This document shows positions 62,778 through 64,000 of a stretch of DNA of 64,000 nt, one piece after another (position 1 is the first letter of the stretch; each line of letters starts with the position of its first letter). This DNA comes from Saccostrea cucullata (Eukaryota). The stretch is taken from the NCBI RefSeq assembly GCF_032062105.1, contig NW_026932596.1, positions 124,001-188,000 of the forward strand, read 5' to 3'. Position numbers and translations under genes: made by a program. The notes under the pieces were generated by a model. That model saw only the letters and a list, made by a program, of their open reading frames with translations. It was not told the origin of the DNA and searched no databases.

Positions 62778-63127
62778 CCTTGTACTTGTCTTAGCTCAAC
62801 ACCTAACTTCGTCATGGCGCACAGCATGGCTGTAACCTCTGATGGCTGTTGATGTAACCAACCATTCCTGTACCCACACCAATGAAGTTACAATTCTCTA
62901 AATGCGTTCCACAATCTGTCGTTGGACTTGAATGGATTTATATGTGTACCTTGTGCTTGTACATCTCTTAGTTCAACACCTAACTTCGTCATGGCGCACT
63001 GCATGGCTGTAACCTCCGATGACTGTCGATATAACCAACTGTTACTGTACCCACACCAATGAAGTTACAATTCTCTAGATGCGTTCCACAATCTGTCGGT
63101 GGACTTGAAAAGTGATTTATATGTGTA
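62778..63127. repeat. Two tandem ~175-bp units between A2 and B2
   Basis: cttag(c/t)tcaacacctaacttcgtcatggcgcac...ccacaccaatgaagttacaattctcta.atgcgttccacaatctgtcg.tggacttgaa occurs twice. Confidence 0.9.
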
Positions 63128-64000
63128 GTGAGTATCTTGCCCCAGTGATCACTATTGTCTTACATGTGACTGATTTTCGTATGATTCCCGATTTGTATGT
63201 ATAACGGATGGAATAAGACTATGCAATCTTTAGCTGAACTTAAATAGGGTTATATTTAGTGAGCATCTGTTCCCAGGGCTCGCTACAACTGTGCATAATT
63301 ATTTTCAATATGTGTGAAATTTCAATTTGCTTATTTGTGTCAGACTGGATGAAATATTTGCAATGTATTATTTGCCAGTAGGTTGCTTAACAGCTTCATT
63401 TGTATATTTGCCTATTTCATATTCATTTCTATATTTGCCTATTTCATGATGATTTTCATTTACATGTATTTGCCATTTGGGTTGTCAAATCGCCCAATGT
63501 ATTTGCCCATTTCATGATGATTTTCATTTACATGTATTTGCCATTTGGGTTGCCAAAATCGCCCAATGTATTGGGTCGGTAACCTTGGTTACGATTGTAA
63601 CCAGTAACTAAATGTAATTTCCTGAAAATTGTACTGCTGCCATGGCCATTATTCGCCATTAAACTTTAAGAAATTTATATATGTGTGGTTTTCTCTGATA
63701 AATAACTCTTGAATATACGACATTGGAACTTTTGACCTAAAAACAAATAGGGGTCTTCCATATACCATAGGGGGTAGTGGTGTAAAATGTCACTGCATAA
63801 GCATAAAAGATTTTCGATCTATCGCAGGGAAAAGGTAGGGAAAAGGTATACAGTGTAAAAACTGACAGAATATTTGTATTCATGTCTTCGACCTTTGGAC
63901 TTCAAAATCAAGATTTTAGGCAAGAGGGAGTTTTCTGCAAAAGTTCAGAGACCTGTCGAGAGTTTTTTTTTTCTGGAAATGAAAGTGTTTTAGACAACTC

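Larger units (their letters stand above)
57740..63696 (+). mobile_element. Ngaro-type (DIRS order) tyrosine-recombinase retrotransposon, non-autonomous or decayed
   Basis: Split direct repeats A1(57740-57952)...B1(61979-62452) A2(62458-62683)...B2(63223-63696); gag, RT/RH, YR and SGNH remnants in order. Confidence 0.88.

Noticed and set aside
403-63582. Most short (60-120 aa) ORFs in the six-frame track
   Set aside because: They are AT-rich intronic or intergenic frames, antisense shadows of TE ORFs (e.g. 33551-33979, 44354-44797, 45608-46051) or repeat-derived, with no motifs.

Overview
AT-rich eukaryotic (animal) genomic DNA. The repeat complement (satellite-bearing Helitron-like elements, tRNA-head SINE, Penelope-like relics) suggests a bivalve, probably an oyster; this is an inference. 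About 1.3-21.9 kb holds 18 coding exons of one minus-strand receptor-type protein tyrosine phosphatase gene: signal peptide, F5/8C or F-type-lectin-like domain, six MEGF10-like EGF exons, TM helix, and a PTP D1 domain that runs off the left edge. It has a probable GC-AG intron and one destroyed (GG) donor. The rest is nested mobile DNA: (i) a near-intact RTEX-like LINE with an SGNH-esterase ORF1 (29.3-35.4 kb) inside a probable Harbinger-type TIR element; (ii) a very young intact Gmr1-like Gypsy LTR retrotransposon (42,720-48,961) with SCAN-like Gag and integrase upstream of RT; (iii) an Ngaro/DIRS tyrosine-recombinase retrotransposon (57.7-63.7 kb) with decayed ORFs, near-identical split direct repeats and a tandem hairpin cassette; and (iv) many MITEs, HINEs, SINEs and two ~160-nt cGAAg-loop palindromes. 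No prokaryotic systems are present. All assignments come from manual reading; no database searches were run.
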